Assembly (NCBI GenBank): GCA_938091905.1
Contig: CALKOM010000141.1
Span: 1-29,477 of the forward strand
Direction of reading: 5' to 3'
DNA length: 29,477 nt
Source of the DNA: an uncultured Verrucomicrobiales bacterium
GTDB lineage: Bacteria > Verrucomicrobiota > Verrucomicrobiia > Verrucomicrobiales > DEV007
Shown here: piece after piece, positions 27,116 to 29,477 of the stretch
How positions within the stretch are numbered: the first letter of the stretch is position 1
Layout of the letters: every line of letters starts with the position of its first letter
Program-made: the position numbers and the translations under genes
Notes under the pieces: model-generated
Seen by the model: only the letters and a program-made list of their open reading frames with translations
Database searches by the model: none
What the model was told of the DNA's origin: nothing

Positions 27116-29191
27116 ATGAACTTCCCATCTCTTGGCTTCCTTCCTCGCCATCTCACCTCAGGAGCGCAGCAAGCCGGGCATCTGTGTGTCACCGCCCTCG
27201 TGTTCGTCCAGCTCTGCATCCCCCCTTCGGCGCGTTCGGAGGAATTTGTTGGCGATGTCACACGCTTCTCGCCCTCCGTGGGACAGCCGCTTTTCCCGGT
27301 GGGAAATATCAATGTGCTCAAACAATACGTGATGGGCTTCGACGAATCGATCAGCGAAGGCAAGGTCGTTGATACTGGGGTGTTCTCCTTTGGTGACGGG
27401 TTCGATATTAAAGCAGCGGCTAATTTCGGCTTTGAGTTCGGTCTCTGTTTCGGGGGGAATGCAGACTATGACTTGGGTTTCAAACCGAGTGTTTCAATCC
27501 CGGACTCTGTTCCGTACGAGTTTCCCATCACCTTGAATATTGATGAAGGGCTTATGGCCGATTCTAGATTCACGACGGTATTTCCACCGCTAGGGCAGGC
27601 GTATGCGTTTCTCGTTTTTGACCTTGCACTAGAGGCCAAATTTAGGGCCTGCGTGTTTGGATGCTTTGGGGTCACTCTCTTCTCGGTGCGGACTGCTGAT
27701 CCGACGGGTGTGACCTTTATGAGCATTCCTGTCGCGGCAGCGTTGCCCTTGAACGTTAAGACGTTTCTCGAGGCGATCATCGCTGAGCGAAAACGGTGTG
27801 ACCCAACGATATCGCGCCGAGAGGACGTCAAGCACTACTCGACCATAGAGCTTGCCTCATGGAATCGCTCAGAGGATACGGAAAACGAATTCCGGCTGCT
27901 GAATGTCTTTGCGGACGGCATCGAAGATTTTGTGCAGAAACCCTATGAAACGTATGGCGGAAACGTTGGTGGGGAAACAGAATTCACGGCTAGTCCTGCC
28001 GACGATCGCCTCACGATAACAGACGGCGACTTACGTTTTCCCAATGCCGGCCCCGTGATTTTGGACGGTGATGCGCTTCCGAGTGGTCTCAATGCGGGTA
28101 TTGTTTACTATGTGAGGGATAGCCTAAATGATGGTAAGTCATTTAAGCTATCCCGAAGACCAGGAAGCTCGACTTTGAACATCATTTCAATTTCAGTGAA
28201 TGGTGCTGGCGATGGTGGCACGATTAAGAAAAACGTTTCTGATGAACAGAATAGCGATCCCGGAAGCTGGGGCGAGATCTCCATCAGCGCGCCGACTATT
28301 CGGACCGACTCAAGCATCTCTGAGATCGATGATCTGGATAGAGATTTTGCGGTCTTGAATGGAACTATTGTGATGGAACCGAAAGTCGATATTGAAAACA
28401 GCCTCAAAGGTTTTCATGATGGGTTAAAGTTCGAGTCAAAAAGAAGGGCATTGTTCCGTTGCCGGGCGGTCTCAATCCCACTTGTGTCTACTACGTTACG
28501 CAATCTGATAACGCTGGTCTAAGTTTTCGTCTTACCTCCCAGCCTGGTCGTGCCCCGGTAGATATTGACAATGGTTTAGGGCAGATCCTTCGCAGCGCCG
28601 GGTTCAATTCAGAAGATGGGCTGAGTAGCACCGGTGCCGAGGATGTGGCAGCGGTAACGGTTGATGTGGTAAAGATGATTGACGATACCGTTTTTAAGGA
28701 GTTCAAGGCTGTCGATGGTGTGGATCTTGGTATCGAGGGGGGCGTAGACTTTAAAATCGCCTCTCTTTACTACAAACTACTCTCATCTACAAACTACTCT
28801 CATTAAAGGTGGGGCCGGCAATTCAGTTGCAGACGGACTTCAAGATATCGTGGGATGTGATCGTCGATGATATCACGTTCACCCGTCCAGTCACCATTCA
28901 GCAGCCCGCTCTGGTGCGATTCCCTGAACTTATCCGAAATTCGAAGCTGGCGGATTTCTCCTCACTAAATGAAGCGTTCCCTAACAGGGTTTTTCACATG
29001 ACCAGTGTGGGACCACATGCGATTCCGGAGATCAGTTTCTTGAATGGAGACGAGGTTTGCGTGACCACTACGTATCGTGTGGCGCCTAAGTTGAAAACCA
29101 AAGTTTCGGCTCCTGTTCTCGGGCGAGTGAAGTATGAAGCTTTGGAGGTTGGTGCCGAGATTAAGAATGTGGGCGGAATCAGCCTCGGACC
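27116..29191 (+). pseudogene. Large secreted beta-rich protein gene, disrupted by a frameshift (~28440), a 17-bp duplication (28770..28803) and an IS4 insertion (29192)
   Basis: Signal-like N-terminus ending ARS-EE. ORFs at 27116, 28459 and 28809 join after two repairs. Two internal LPxGL..YYV..SFxL..PG repeats. Confidence 0.75.
28770..28803 (+). repeat. Perfect 17-bp tandem duplication CTACAAACTACTCTCAT x2
   Basis: Units at 28770..28786 and 28787..28803; removing one gives YYKLLSLKVGPAIQL in frame. Confidence 0.95.
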
Positions 29192-29477
29192 CAATGTCGA
29201 TGAGTTAAGGGAAAGGGCGAATGATCTTGCTGAAAGTAGGAGGAATGGTAGGATGGTTCGGTATCACGACAACACCGACCATCAAACTATCACAAGTTGA
29301 TATTATAGCGGCCATGGTGTGAAATACCCTCACAGACATCTAAATGGGGTGCGTCCCTCTTTGCAACGCTTTCCAACCAACTCAAGGATCCTGAGTTCAT
29401 TGCTCGCCACCGAACAAAGGCTTCTGCTTTCGTCCGGGATCGTAAGCTTCCCTTTCATCGGCTCTGCTTGATCCTTA
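29192..29477 (+). mobile_element. IS4-family insertion sequence, left end with transposase N-terminal region
   Basis: CAATGTCGATGAGTTAAG at 29192..29209 matches 15/18 of the E. coli IS4 terminal repeat as I recall it (TAATGCCGATCAGTTAAG). The frame from 29309 reads ...LKDPEFIARHRTKASAFVRDRKLPFHRLCLIL, with an IS4-type FxRxRKLP motif. Confidence 0.82.

Noticed and set aside
212..29194. Numerous short antisense or alternate-frame ORFs in the track (e.g. 212..580, 4136..4684, 8205..8810, 21574..22206)
   Set aside because: They shadow well-supported genes and show no recognisable motifs.
1..29477. CRISPR array, tRNA or rRNA genes
   Set aside because: No regularly spaced repeats or recognisable structural RNA seen by eye; intergenic gaps are short. 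A covariance-model search was not possible.

Overview
Bacterial DNA with gene content typical of Verrucomicrobia or Planctomycetes (DUF1549/DUF1553 plus DUF1501 pair, Cys-type sulfatase, ECF sigma factor beside a Ser/Thr kinase, GTAG-type REP-like palindromes); the taxon is inferred. The window starts in the 3' end of an IS630-family transposase and ends inside an IS4-family element, so it is probably a whole contig broken at IS copies. In order: a MazG-like pyrophosphatase and carbon-nitrogen hydrolase; a partly decayed MBOAT-fragment/TIGR01777/membrane protein/DUF2071/DoxX-like cluster behind two palindromic operator-like sites; a secreted beta-sandwich protein, sulfatase and Tat metallophosphoesterase; an intact 2122-aa secreted protein with alpha-2-macroglobulin-like segments but no thioester motif, followed by a DUF2236/MpaB-like gene; a sodium:solute symporter; and DUF1553/DUF1501. 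The last ~9 kb is largely broken: an ECF sigma factor (one stop), a ~1470-aa kinase-WD40-Kelch fusion (one frameshift, two stops), a DUF6036-like nucleotidyltransferase pair (5-bp duplication) and a large secreted protein (frameshift, 17-bp duplication, IS4 insertion). All family calls are by motif recognition; no searches were run.
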